A DNA stretch of 63,851 nucleotides, the filler included, from Lenisia limosa (taxonomy: Eukaryota; Protista; Breviatea): assembly GCA_001655205.1 (NCBI GenBank). It is 8 parts of 8 records of this genome, joined end to end, with 100 filler letters (N's around TTAATTAATTAA, not from the genome) between each part and the next. Parts side by side here need not be neighbours in the genome. Positions count along the whole stretch, not along the records: positions 1 to 22,978 come from LPNZ01007860.1; positions 23,079 to 26,572 come from LPNZ01011091.1; 6 more parts are not named here. The stretch is one strand, 5' to 3'. A model generated the notes under the pieces. It did no database searches and was not told where the DNA came from. It worked only from the letters and a program-made list of their open reading frames with translations. A program made the position numbers and the translations under genes. This document shows positions 13,050 to 24,596 of the stretch, one piece after another; positions within the stretch are counted from its first letter, which is position 1, and each line of letters begins with the position of its first letter.

Positions 13050-14864
13050 ATTGCTTTTGTGTATTTGTTTTGATTGTGTTTTTCTTTAAAGTTGTACCAG
13101 GTTGTCTGTTGTCAAGCTCTTTCATCATTTTAATATTTTTCTTACCCTATTAGTATCATATATTAGCGCTATGAAGAAGCTTGAAGCTTAGGCAATCACA
13201 AGGGTAATCTGGTTAAAATGTATTTTAGTTTTTCTTGACATCAGACTGGTGGTACATAACAATAGAAGATAATATACAATTAAATAGGTGGGGGGTTCCA
13301 TTACATGACAAGGCACCAGCTCCTAAAATGGTCATATAATATCATATATGATTAAGTGTCATGCTATTCTGAGTATAACATAGTTAATTCCTCACCTTGA
13401 TGCTGGCTTCGCACACTCGACTATTTCATCGTTATTGTCGATGGCGATATCGTCAGAATTGACAGAATCGGATGGGGCTGTCTCATTTGAGTCTTCTTCT
13501 ACATTAAGCGGACACTCATTTGAGTCTTCTTCCACAGTGTTCTCAGCTTCTTTTTCAATTATGGTGGTCTCCTCTGTAGCCTCAGTTTCGTTCATCACAG
13601 AGAGGGTCTTGGTGAGTGCAGGTGCTGAGGTTTCTTCAGTGATTTGGGCCTCTTGGGTAACAGGTTCACTGCGGGAGGTGTTGTCATTTTGGATAGGGAT
13701 GTTGTCCCTTTCATTTTCCTGGTTTTGTGCTTCTTGGAGTTCAACGTCATCCTAAATTGTAAGAATCATTTTGCAAGCTAGACAGGCGATTCAACGAAAT
13801 TGCAGTTTTGTACATGGACCAACCTCAATGATCTCGTCTTCTTCACTCTCAGCAACTTCAACAACAGGAGTGCCGGGGGCTGAGTCAACCTAAAATTTTA
13901 GTTGACTGGCTTTTACACATTAACAGGACATAGTCAAAAAAACTGGTCAAGTTTTTATACAGAGGTGTACAGAATTAGAATTTTAAACTTCAGAAACTAC
14001 AGTGTACATTCTTTAAACCCCATACGTCGACTTCCTTGCCTGTCTCATATTGGATCACTTCAACGTCTTCGTCCACGACCGAGAAGCTAGGCAGTGGTCT
14101 GTTGGAGGGTAGGCCTGAGACTCGTCGCCGGAATGGCTGAGCTCCTCCTGAAAATTGAATTATTAAAAGGATAATTGTCGAATTAAATAAATCAAAAGGA
14201 GTTCTTATCATATGTTATTGCAACCCCTGTTAAATTGAAGTTATTATAAGTTATTTTTACTGTCAAATTTTAGAGAAAATGAGATTTGTTATATTCAGTG
14301 TGCTTACCAAAATACGCAATATCGTTGTCATCTTCATCATTAAAACGGTGGCGCTTGAGGGCTTTTTTCCCAACAGCAGACGGGTCAGTGAAGAACTGAA
14401 ATTGTCACCCATAAAGCAAAACAAAATCATAAAAAAAAAAACAAACAATCCAATGTAACTTGTCACAGCAATTCAGATTACCAAATGAACGGCAATGTAA
14501 TTTGACAAACCATGTGCGACAGTGGACGCTTGGCAGCAGCTTCAACTCGAGAAAGGATTCTTTGAGTTCGGATTTGTGACAGACATGAACCACACGTCCA
14601 TTTGAAAAAGGTTGCAGCATTGGTTTCAATTGGGCCCAACTTAGGGACATGGCAAGATGCGTGATATTGTTTCATGCAGCAACTGCATTGATTGAGTGTG
14701 TCGGTGTCACCATCTCCTTCAGCGTGCTTGCATTGGTGGCAAAGTTTATTATTTTCAAACTAAAATAATAAATGAAATTAACTTCATCTGCTTACCGATT
14801 CAGCCTCTTCAAAGAGTCTTCGTGTTACGCTGAGGGGTTCAGGATTGAGTGTCGCTGATTCCAT
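13050..14864 (-). CDS. PHD-finger protein with acidic disordered C-terminus
   Basis: ATG 14864 MESATLNPEPLSVTRRLFEEAES; exon 2 CHQC...CSCCMKQYHASCH...WTCGSC gives the C4HC3 PHD pattern; later E/D/T-rich exons. 3' end approximate. Confidence 0.8.
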
Positions 14865-15275
14865 TTTGGATGAAGAGCTTGGGGGGGAGAATGAAGGGAA
14901 GTAAGTCAATCCAGTGAAATGATTATAATTATAATTTTCCAGTTTTAAACTCTGTGTGATTGGGCAAGAGATAAGGGGGCATTTCTGTCAAAAACCAAAA
15001 AGAGGTTCGGAGTGAGAGTCCGAGCCAGGTATTTTAAACTTCCGAGCTCACAATCGCAACGTTGTTGTATCTAGTGTGTCTTATATTCTGAGAAGATTGT
15101 CGTGTTTTTATATATTTTTGTTGTTTATTTTTTGGTGAAGAGTGATGTAGTTTTGGGAAGCCTTTGTTCTCTTCCTTTTAGCGAGTGAGCTGCCTGATGG
15201 CTGTTGCACTAAGAGTATTAGAATAATATCTTGAAATAAACCTATAAATCCAGGCAATCCTGTTGATTACTGAAG

Positions 15276-18200
15276 ATGGGCGACTCCTCAAAGTTCATTC
15301 CTCATCATCAGGTCAGTTTTACGGACTGATTAATATAACTTTCTAGCGTGGTAGCAATGGCGTTTCATCCTCCTCCGGAGAGAGATTCTTGTTCAGGATC
15401 CTCTACAATACGATGGCCGATAATGAAAGGAGGTTTGCTGTAAATATTCCTTAATACTTTAGCCCTGTCATGGCTGTTGGTGGAATCTTGCTGAATTTGC
15501 TCCAATTGATGTCTTTTGCACTCGATTCAGGCTTTAACTTTGAAAGCAGCTTCATAAACTGGTTTGCTCACCCAATATTTACACTCGGAATAACTAATAT
15601 TAGGATTGGTGCTCTTATTAAACCGCTTCGACCACACCCTTCAGCATACTCATGGTGGGTCACGGTTTTAACTGAGCAAACGAGCACGTTATGGCACTCG
15701 TCCGTATCATCCATCTGACGTTGTTTTATTTGTATAAGTGTGATACAGAGACATAGAAAGTGCTTTTGATGCATAATCCCCTCCAAGCCGAAAGGGGAGT
15801 TGGAGTTGTGACTTTCAATTTAATGACGTGTTGTTTTGCTTTGGTGCGTCTTTGACTTTTTAGGGAGGTCTACAGGGCAGTGTTCTGGCTGGCTATCTTT
15901 GTGGTGAGCACGGGGGATGGAAGAAAGTATTTCTAGCATGCTCACACTAGCATATCATTTTTGCTTTTTATCATATTCTGACCACTTGTTTTTTTCTTAC
16001 TCTGGTTGTTGGGTGAATCACACAGTAATAAGACTTGTAATCGGGGAAAAATTGACCGACATGTCTCAATAATTCTCGGATATATTGGGGGTTAACCATC
16101 GAACTCACTCAGTTCATTGTTTTTGTCAAAGAGCATTTTATTTATATTTCCGCGGCATTTTGTATTACCTGTTCTAGCTTTTCTGTAATGTTGTTGTGTT
16201 TAATTAATACACGTGATTGGACTGACATTGTAGGTGGTGGTCATGGTGATATGCTCAGTGTACAGTGGAATTGAATTCCGAGTCACTTCTCATGTCAAGC
16301 GAATCTGGCCGGTTGGGGGGTAAACTATCATTATTATTGTATTGCCTTGTGGGGGGTGGGTAAGGCTTCACTTCGGTTCCAAGAAAGACTTTAAATCACG
16401 TTAAATTCTCGAAAACTTTCGATATTTTCCGAACCGAAGTGAAGCCTTAGGTGTGGAAACTATTTTAGATGGGCTGGTGCTTTTTGTGGTGGTGGGAGAT
16501 ACAAACAATGTTTTATGTAAAGAGATGAGAAATTAAATTATGTTGTTTGGGGANNNNNNNNNNNNNNNNNNNNNNNNNNNNNNNNNNNNNNNNNNNNNNN
16601 NNNNNNNNNNNNNNNNNNNNNNNNNNNNNNNNNNNNNNNNNNNNNNNNNNNNNNNNNNNNNNNNNNNNNNNNNNNNNNNNNNNNNNATACTTATCGATTG
16701 TTTTCGAACGTAAGTGGGCTGTAGTTGTCGAATCGGTGCACTGACCGTGATAAGTCTTGACACGATTGATTAAAAATATAATTACTCCGTTCAGGACCTA
16801 TCGCGGTCAGTATAGGGCTTCACTCTGTTTGAAAAAGATCGTACAATTTCGATATATTTCGAGGATTTATGGAGAATTCTGTCTTTTTTTCGGACTGAAG
16901 TGAAGCACTACAATTGGTCTTTAAAATTCTAGTTTCAATTGAGGCTTTACTGCCTAAAAACGATTATTTGATGGGATTGCTTCTCAAGCTCTTGTCATCG
17001 ATAAATACAATCGAGGGATAAAAGCTTCCAGATACACACTGGCCGCGATAAGTCCACAAGATTGCCAACGATTAGGCCCAATATTGATGTCAAGCATGAC
17101 TTACCGCGGTCATTGTAAATGAACCTCCTTACATTAGTCAGCACTTTATTACTTTAGATTCACCTACTGCGCTTCCTTCTGACCATACTTGTGTTCTACT
17201 ACGTCTATATGCTTTCGTACTTCCTGGGCATTTTTATGTGTCGTGCTGATGCCACTGATTCGCTTGTGCTCTTCTTAAACAGTGAAAGTTGGCAGGATGT
17301 TCCAATTCAAGCAATATTATATCACCCATGTTTAGAGCTTCACTTTGGTTCGAAAAAACACGGGAAAATATCGATAGTTCTCGAGGATTTCTAGACATTA
17401 AGTCTTTTTTCGAACCGAAGTGACGTCCTACCAATGCTGTAAGACTGAATTATTGCAGAAGCGATTGCAGCCATCCTCCATATATTTCCATTTTCACCGT
17501 CATTTACCTGCTTCACTTCCCCAATTCCAATCAACGATTTTTAACTCCGTCCCCCCCCNNNNNNNNNNNNNNNNNNNNNNNNNNNNNNNNNNNNNNNNNN
17601 NNNNNNNNNNNNNNNNNNNNNNNNNNNNNNNNNNNNNNNNNNNNNNNNNNNNNNNGAAATATACGATTGGTCTAATATTTACTCCTCCCCCCCAGTTGCA
17701 TGTTTCAGTCTTGAACCGAATCTGATGAGAGTCGCGGCCGCCTTCGCAATGATCCTCCTGATTCCCTTCAATCTCATTGTCCGTCTGCTGTATCATGACT
17801 CATCACCCTTGTCACGTGACCCCACGGCTCGGAGCCACGGCCGCGTGGATCTTGTCTTGGAAGTGGGGTGGAGGGACTTAAAATTTTACAAACGGAACTG
17901 GAGTCAAACTCGTATGTGATTTTAAAGTGTTATTGATGAAAATCTCGACAGGAGGGGAGACTTTGTATTGGATATGAGGTAGAGGGACTGTACAACCTGC
18001 AACATCATTTTCAATTTCATTTTCAACATCATTTTCAACATCATTTTCAACATCATTTTCTACACATTTTCAAACTGACCTATCCAGATCTGTAAGACGA
18101 CTCTGGTGTCTGTCTTCCTCTTCTTCTCCCACGATAACTACTCTGATGTTTCGAAGAGGGCCGTGGCCCTTATTATGTGCTCGGCTCTTCTCTTGTCGTT

Positions 18201-21200
18201 CCAGAGCTTTTACTTACCGTGGGGTGGTGTAAATGGATAATTCAAGGAGGAGTGTGGGTAGGGCTTCCCTACGGTCCGAAAAAGACCGTTAAAAATATTG
18301 ATATTTATCGAGGATTTATGGAGAAATTCAGTCTTTTTTGGGACCGTAGGGAAGCCCTAGGTGTGGTATGAACAAGGGTTTGAAGGGTGCTCTTAATGTG
18401 TATAGGGTGTGGGTGTTTAATTAGTGCTGTGATCGGGGAGTGAGGTTCATGTCAATGATGAGTATTTGTTTCTCACTTTGTGTAACACATCAGTATTGCC
18501 AATATTTTTTTCTAGTACAGAGCTAGTTCTAACGTAACCCGGTTCAGTAGACTTCTAATTTTCCACCGTAACAGATTCTACCGAATGTGTCTGAACCAGT
18601 TGATCGGAACTGGGTATACGCTCTTGTTTCTTGTGTCAGTTACGGCGGTATGCTGGGTACTGAATATCATGATATGTTGTTGTCGTATATTTTGTCATAT
18701 TGTTGTCGTGTATTTAGTGTATAGTATAATGCAGTCATACACACATATGTGAGTCTCTGAACCTTATGGCATCCTGTTGGTTTGGAAAGGACACTGAAAA
18801 GGACTGATACAGTATCGATAAATATTGATTTTTACGATTTTCAAGCTATCATGCCTTTTTATGGTATTCTTGACTGCTTCGGGCAGACACCATGTTTTTA
18901 TTTCTACTCATTACTCCTGGTACAATAGGTCCTCCACACCCTCTTCGCAGACCACTACAACTACGTCTATATCAGCACTTTGGTTGTGACCCCTTTTCTT
19001 GCAGTTTTGGGTAAGGGGTACTACTAGGCTTCACTTTGGTTCAAAAACAAAGACTGAATTTCTTGATAAACCCTCGAAAACTATCGCTATTTTACCTGTA
19101 TTTTTCGAACCGAAGAAGCACTTGGTACAACGGTGCATTGGTTGGGATTCTCATGAATGGAGATGACCAGTTATTGGAAATGCCATAGCAGATTATTGGG
19201 GAGTCCAATTGGTTGTGTTAACTTCAATCAAGGCCTATGTCAACTAGAGCACCACTTCAGTTCAAAAACATAAAAAGAATGAAGTTTTCAATAAACCACC
19301 AATACGATTTTACCGATCTTGGCCGCAGTAAAACCGTAATTATTCACGTCAATCCATCCAATGAATACCCCGGTCTGAGTTTTACAGATGATATTAACTT
19401 TATTAACGTCAACCCAGCCTACCGATACCCCCGCCAGCGGATTCGCTACATTAACCGGCTCTACGCCCGCCAGGAGCGGGGGCAGGGGATGCCAATCCCA
19501 TCGTTTGATGAGTCTCTTGAGGCTCCAAAACAGAACTCCGATGTCAGCGTATGATGGGGGTTTGTAGCATATCGCGCACTACAGAAGCGACTGGCCTGGG
19601 CTTTGCTTTGTTGTTCTCAGTGTGATGCTAGTCAACAAAGTTGATTTCCCACTTTTTTGTTTCAGATATCATATTGTCCAATTGTGGGGCAGAATCCATG
19701 TTCAATTGTGTTGTTATAGGGCTTCCCTGCGGTCCGAAAAAGACCTTTTAAATATCGATATTTATCGAAGATTTATCGAGATATTTGGTCCTTTTTGGGA
19801 CTGTAGGGAGGCCCAAGTTGTTAACACTCCAGGTGCATCTTCCCACCCCGACCACCACGCATCACGATACTGTCGACGACTGGGCTGGAGACAGTCATTT
19901 GGTAGGCCCCGGGGGGTGGGGGGTCAGTACTAAGATAGATGGTTTGAACTTAAAACTAGTATATTTTGATTGGAATATAATATGATATGATAGTTTGATA
20001 TGACCCCCCCCCCCCNNNNNNNNNNNNNNNNNNNNNNNNNNNNNNNNNNNNNNNNNNNNNNNNNNNNNNNNNNNNNNNNNNNNNNNNNNNNNNNNNNNNN
20101 NNNNNNNNNNNNNGAGTAGTATCGATATTTTCCCGGTCTTTTTTCGGACCGTAGGTACTGAATCCAAAAGCAGGATTTATAATTTGGAGAAGCTCACACT
20201 TTAGCCCCCTGCCGAGCAGCTGAAGAGTGAACGAGCTACTGCGGAAAAGTGGGGATCTCGTGCCTGCCCTGTTCGGTTCGCACATGAGGTATGCTGGTAA
20301 TATATCGTATAAAATTGAGGGATAAGTCTTAACCTATTTTCGATGGGGAAATCATGTAGCAAATAGGTCAAGAATTATCCTGGTCACTGTGTATGTAGTG
20401 TATAATATACATGTACATATTATAAGCAATATGTAATAGTACTTTTTGAATCATTTAGCACTTAAACACAATTGACGATGTAGGTTGAGATCAGCACGCG
20501 GGGTCTGAGGGCCTTGAGGGTTCATTGGGCCTCGCCTGAGGACACTGTTGCATCCGTAATCCTCAACAAATACGAACAACGGTGAGGGTTTAGGGCTTCA
20601 CTTGGGTTCGAAAAAGGACAGAACTCCTCGAAAACGATATTTTACCTGTCTTTTTCGAAGCGAAGTGAATCTCCAAAGGCGTGTGTGTTTTTTATACATT
20701 AAAAATCTAAATAAGTACGAACAGCGGTGGGGGGAGGGGCCTATACACTCTAACTCGACACCCGTGCAGATTTTCCGTGTCGCAGTCGTATTTTGACGGT
20801 TCGCCGCTTTGCGCAGTTCTTCACGCCTCTTTCGTTGTGGCATATTTCGATGACGTCCGGAGGGCACTTCAGATCGCTGAGGAGAGCGTGGGGGGAATAG
20901 TTTATGAAACAAGAGAAATATATACATAAGAAATCTAGGGAACCAAATTAATACATAGGGATACCATAAACAAATTACCATACCTCCTCGCCCACGCTCC
21001 TTGGTGCTCCGTGTCCCGAAACACACTAGGTGCTCGGAGACCTTGGCCGCAGCTGGGTGAATCAATGGTAGATTAACAATTCAGATTAATGGGGGTTGGG
21101 GCTATATTTGTTGATTTCGACTCTAAAGTTGGTCGTATGCACAAGGTGGATATGATGGGGGCAAAATTTTCACTTTGATTAATTTTTATCCTTTTCGTTT

Positions 21201-22978
21201 TCACCCCCCCCCCCCCAGTCNNNNNNNNNNNNNNNNNNNNNNNNNNNNNNNNNNNNNNNNNNNNNNNNNNNNNNNNNNNNNNNNNNNNNNNNNNNNNNNN
21301 NNNNNNNNNNNNNNNNNNNNNNNNNNNNNNNNNNNNNNNNNNNNNNNNNNNNNNNNNNNNNNNNNNNNNNNAGTGGTTTTTTTTTCCCTCACAAAACTCT
21401 CATAAAAACAGCAGTTTATTTTTGTTTTGTAGGTTTGTCTCACTAACCCCCAGGAACTTGGCCAAAGAAGGGCTATGGGTGCAATGCAGTATTTGGACTA
21501 CCAAAGAGCCTATGACAATACTAAGGCTGCCCATCTCACGGCTGCTAGACGGCAGAAACAGTTTTGGAAGGTGGGGTGGTCGATGGTAGGCAGTGCCTGG
21601 GAAAAGTCTTGACCGATTTTCTTTGGGGAATCACATGGCAAATCGGTCAGGACTTATCCCAGTCACAGCACATTTTCCATTTTCACTCCCTTCACCTTCA
21701 CATCGTAATAACCCTTATATTGCCCCCCTCTCATCATATTATAAATAATTAATAATCTAATTGAAGCCCTTTTCTGGGCATGAACCTCACTGTACTCCCC
21801 GGTGGGATGCGGTGCTGCAGAAGNNNNNNNNNNNNNNNNNNNNNNNNNNNNNNNNNNNNNNNNNNNNNNNNNNNNNNNNNNNNNNNNNNNNNNNNNNNNN
21901 NNNNNNNNNNNNNNNNNNNNNNNNNNNNNNNNNNNNNNNNNNNNNNNNNNNNNNNNNNNNNNNNNNNNNNNAGAGGCAAATGAGAAGGCTTTGGTGGGTC
22001 CGTGCAATTAATTAAAAAAAAAAATTACAATATTTCAAGTGCAACATATTGTAATGTAAACTCAATTTCAGACACTATAATTTCATATTTTGTCGATTAA
22101 TTTCGTCAAAAATTTAATTGCAGTACTTATCGTGATCACTGTCCATATTTGACCATTCATTATACCTTATGGATTATTTGGCCTATGTGCATACCTGTGT
22201 CTAACCCTTCAGTCGCTGTACAACTCCTTGGTCATTCGTTACCCCAACAACCCATCTATTCTCAGAGCTTTTGGCGCTTTCTTGGCCGACATTTGTGCTG
22301 ATGAGGTGGGGGGCTTATTAGAGGGCTGTGGGTAGGGCGTCACTTCGTTTACAAAAAAGAACGACAAAATATCGATATTTATCGAAGACTAAATGTCATG
22401 ATAAGTCTTCGATAAATATCTATATTTTGTCGTTCTTTTTTGTGAAGAAGCCCAAGCAGAATTTTTGGGGGTTCTCATTTGATGGTTTGGTGTCGATAGG
22501 GTGATGGTGGGAGTGCTGATGTTACTAAACGTTCACAATGAGAGTTTATACCTGTTTTTAATGCACAAACTTGTTTTCCAGAGAAACTCTGGCACATTTT
22601 TTCATGGCATATTTTTTCATGACGCATTTTTCATGGTACAATTTCTCATAGTACATTTTTTCATGGTACATTCTTTCATTGTACGTGTAGGTTCTCACAT
22701 TACAGGAACGCGCGAAGTTTTTCTTCAAAAAGGCGCAATTAGCTGAGGAGGAGCGCAACCTCAATGACGATATGAGCGACAAGGATGTGGGCTGGTTTTC
22801 TGAGTACATCATACTTAGCATGATACCCACCCCCAGACTTTTGGGCTTTTTTGTTCCATAGATTTTCGCCGAGTTGATTTGGGTTTTCTTCATCTCTTCA
22901 TTCACGTGATGGGATGCGGTGCTGCAGAAACGACTGGCATGGGCTTTGTTTGTTTGTTATCAACCCTAGTATGGTGTG
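15276..22978 (+). CDS. TmcB/TmcC-like multi-pass membrane protein, about 20 exons, 3' truncated at scaffold end
   Basis: Exons LLNLLQLMSFALD; LLRFLLTILVFYYVYML...FMC; VACFSLEP...YHDSSPLSRDPTARSHGRVDLVLE; LPFYRMCLN; VEISTRGLR; HLTAARRQKQFWK; YNSLVIRYPNNPSILRAFGAFL. These are motifs I recognise from the TmcB-like family; identification is from memory, not a search. Confidence 0.72.
18259..18359. mobile_element. hAT-type MITE, subfamily B (best-preserved copy)
   Basis: TIRs TAGGGCTTCCCTACGGTCCGAAAAAGAC / GTCTTTTTTGGGACCGTAGGGAAGCCCTA; flanks AGTGTGGG / GGTGTGGT (6/8). Similar copies at 19717-19816, about 53909-53998, 56446-56553, partial at 10628-10718 and 20114-20160. Confidence 0.9.
22906..22978 (+). 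repeat. Dispersed intronic repeat family F (about 85 bp, no TIR)
   Basis: GTGATGGGATGCGGTGCTGCAGAAACGACTGGCATGGGCTTTGTTTGTTTGTTATCAACCC. Homologous copies at 19549-19640 (+), 21802-21823 (+, then gap), 9909-9994 (-) and 495-552 (-, partial). Confidence 0.85.
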
Positions 22979-23078
22979 NNNNNNNNNNNNNNNNNNNNNN
23001 NNNNNNNNNNNNNNNNNNNNNNTTAATTAATTAANNNNNNNNNNNNNNNNNNNNNNNNNNNNNNNNNNNNNNNNNNNN
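22979..23078. other. Artificial scaffold-joining spacer (44N-TTAATTAATTAA-44N)
   Basis: Identical 12-mer inside N runs at 23023, 26617, 33185, 53350, 55061, 60609 and 61925. It contains stops in all six frames. Confidence 0.97.
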
Positions 23079-23805
23079 TGTCTCCGGATCCGAAGACTCT
23101 CTTATGGACGCCATTGCCAACTACGGCCCCGTTTCAGTCGCGGTCAACGCTGAGAAGTTCCGCTTCTACCGTTCGGGGGGGCTGTTGCTTGGGCTTCACT
23201 TCGGTTCAAAAAAGACCGATAAATATGATATTTATCGAAGACTTATCGAGACATCTAGTCTTTTTTTGAACCGAAATGAAGCCTTAGTTATTGCTGTTTA
23301 CCTTGAGAGGTGTATTGTTTTTTTGTTGGGGGGTCGGATATTGATTTCAGTCTGTTTTTTCTCTTCACTAGTTTCTTTCTTTCTTTTCTTTTTGTTGTTT
23401 CCTCTTCACCCACAGAATCACAGAATCCTCTTTTCCTTTCCCCATAAACTTGTTTTCTTTTTCACTCATTTTCCTTTCCTATTACGTTGTTTACTCCCCC
23501 CCCCCNNNNNNNNNNNNNNNNNNNNNNNNNNNNNNNNNNNNNNNNNNNNNNNNNNNNNNNNNNNNNNNNNNNNNNNNNNNNNNNNNNNNNNNNNNNNNNN
23601 NNNNNNNNNNNNNNNNNNNNNNNNNNNNNNNNNNNNNNNNNNNNNTTTTGGTATTTGTTCTAAGTAAGTAAGGGTCTTCATCACTTATCAAAACAGGCAA
23701 GTCGGTGTATTACATTAAGAACTCCTGGGGCCCCGACTGGGGAGACCGCGGTTACATGTACATGGAGCGTACTGAGGACAACAAGAACATCTGTGGTGTA
23801 TGCTA
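23079..23805 (+). CDS. Papain-family (C1A, cathepsin L/H-like) cysteine protease, partial
   Basis: LMDAIANYGPVSVAVNAEKFRFY and YYIKNSWGPDWGDRGYMYMERTEDNKNICGVC. The NSWG..WG..GY motif is diagnostic. The catalytic His exon presumably lies in the gap. Confidence 0.92.
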
Positions 23806-24596
23806 NNNNNNNNNNNNNNNNNNNNNNNNNNNNNNNNNNNNNNNNNNNNNNNNNNNNNNNNNNNNNNNNNNNNNNNNNNNNNNNNNNNNNNNNNNNNNTC
23901 ATTTCACGGGTGAACTATCATTTTCCACGCAGTGATATGATACCTCATATCTACTCGTATGATATTTGACCGAGTCACAATGATACTCTGATTCACTCGG
24001 GATAAACCCTCGTGTAAAATCTTGGTTCATCTTTTCGACTCGGAAGTCGGTCATATGATCATATCACTAGTGGATATCAGTCTTTTTCATGCTACAATGT
24101 CAGTCTTATTCATGCTACGAATACTCTACAAAATCAGTCTTCCTCATGCTACTAATACAAGAATTGAGAAATTATTTGGAACTCATGCTTCAGATCGCCT
24201 CTCTCGCCTCCTTCCCTCTTGTCTAAACATGACGTATAATGCAGCATGTTGTCAGGCTCTTTCTGGATGAGGCAAAATTAATGATATTTTGTTGTGAGAA
24301 TATGACATCATCTTTTACGATTGAGGAAGTGGTGTGAGGGAGCGAGGGAGGGGCAAAGCAAGGCGGGGGCAGAGAGTGTCTGTCGTAAGGAGCCTAAAAA
24401 ACAATTTGTAACTATACATTTCCGGCCTATCGGGATATTATAATGTGGAAAGCCAAATTTCAGCGGGTTGGATTTCCAACAATTTTTTTGCTATTTAGGC
24501 CGGATTTTCCAAAAAATCGGGTAAAAACACTTCAATAAAAATAGATAACTGCATTACAACAACTCATTACCACATCGTCCTCCGCATTCCCTCAAA

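Noticed and set aside
15775-15810. Hairpin CCCCTCCAAGCCGAAAGGGGAG as a Helitron 3' end or ncRNA
   Set aside because: Single occurrence, no CTRR terminus and no second copy in the window.
16361-17430. GGTTCGA in MITE TIRs as a tRNA T-loop or Pol III B-box (tRNA or SINE)
   Set aside because: It is part of a terminal inverted repeat with 8-bp TSDs; no cloverleaf or A-box was found.
23161-23190. Non-canonical (GG or GC) donor in the cysteine protease gene after RSG
   Set aside because: A canonical GTTCGG donor is available at 23171 and the next exon is in a gap, so nothing can be concluded. All fully visible junctions in USP, dynein IC and CTDSPL2 resolved as GT-AG.
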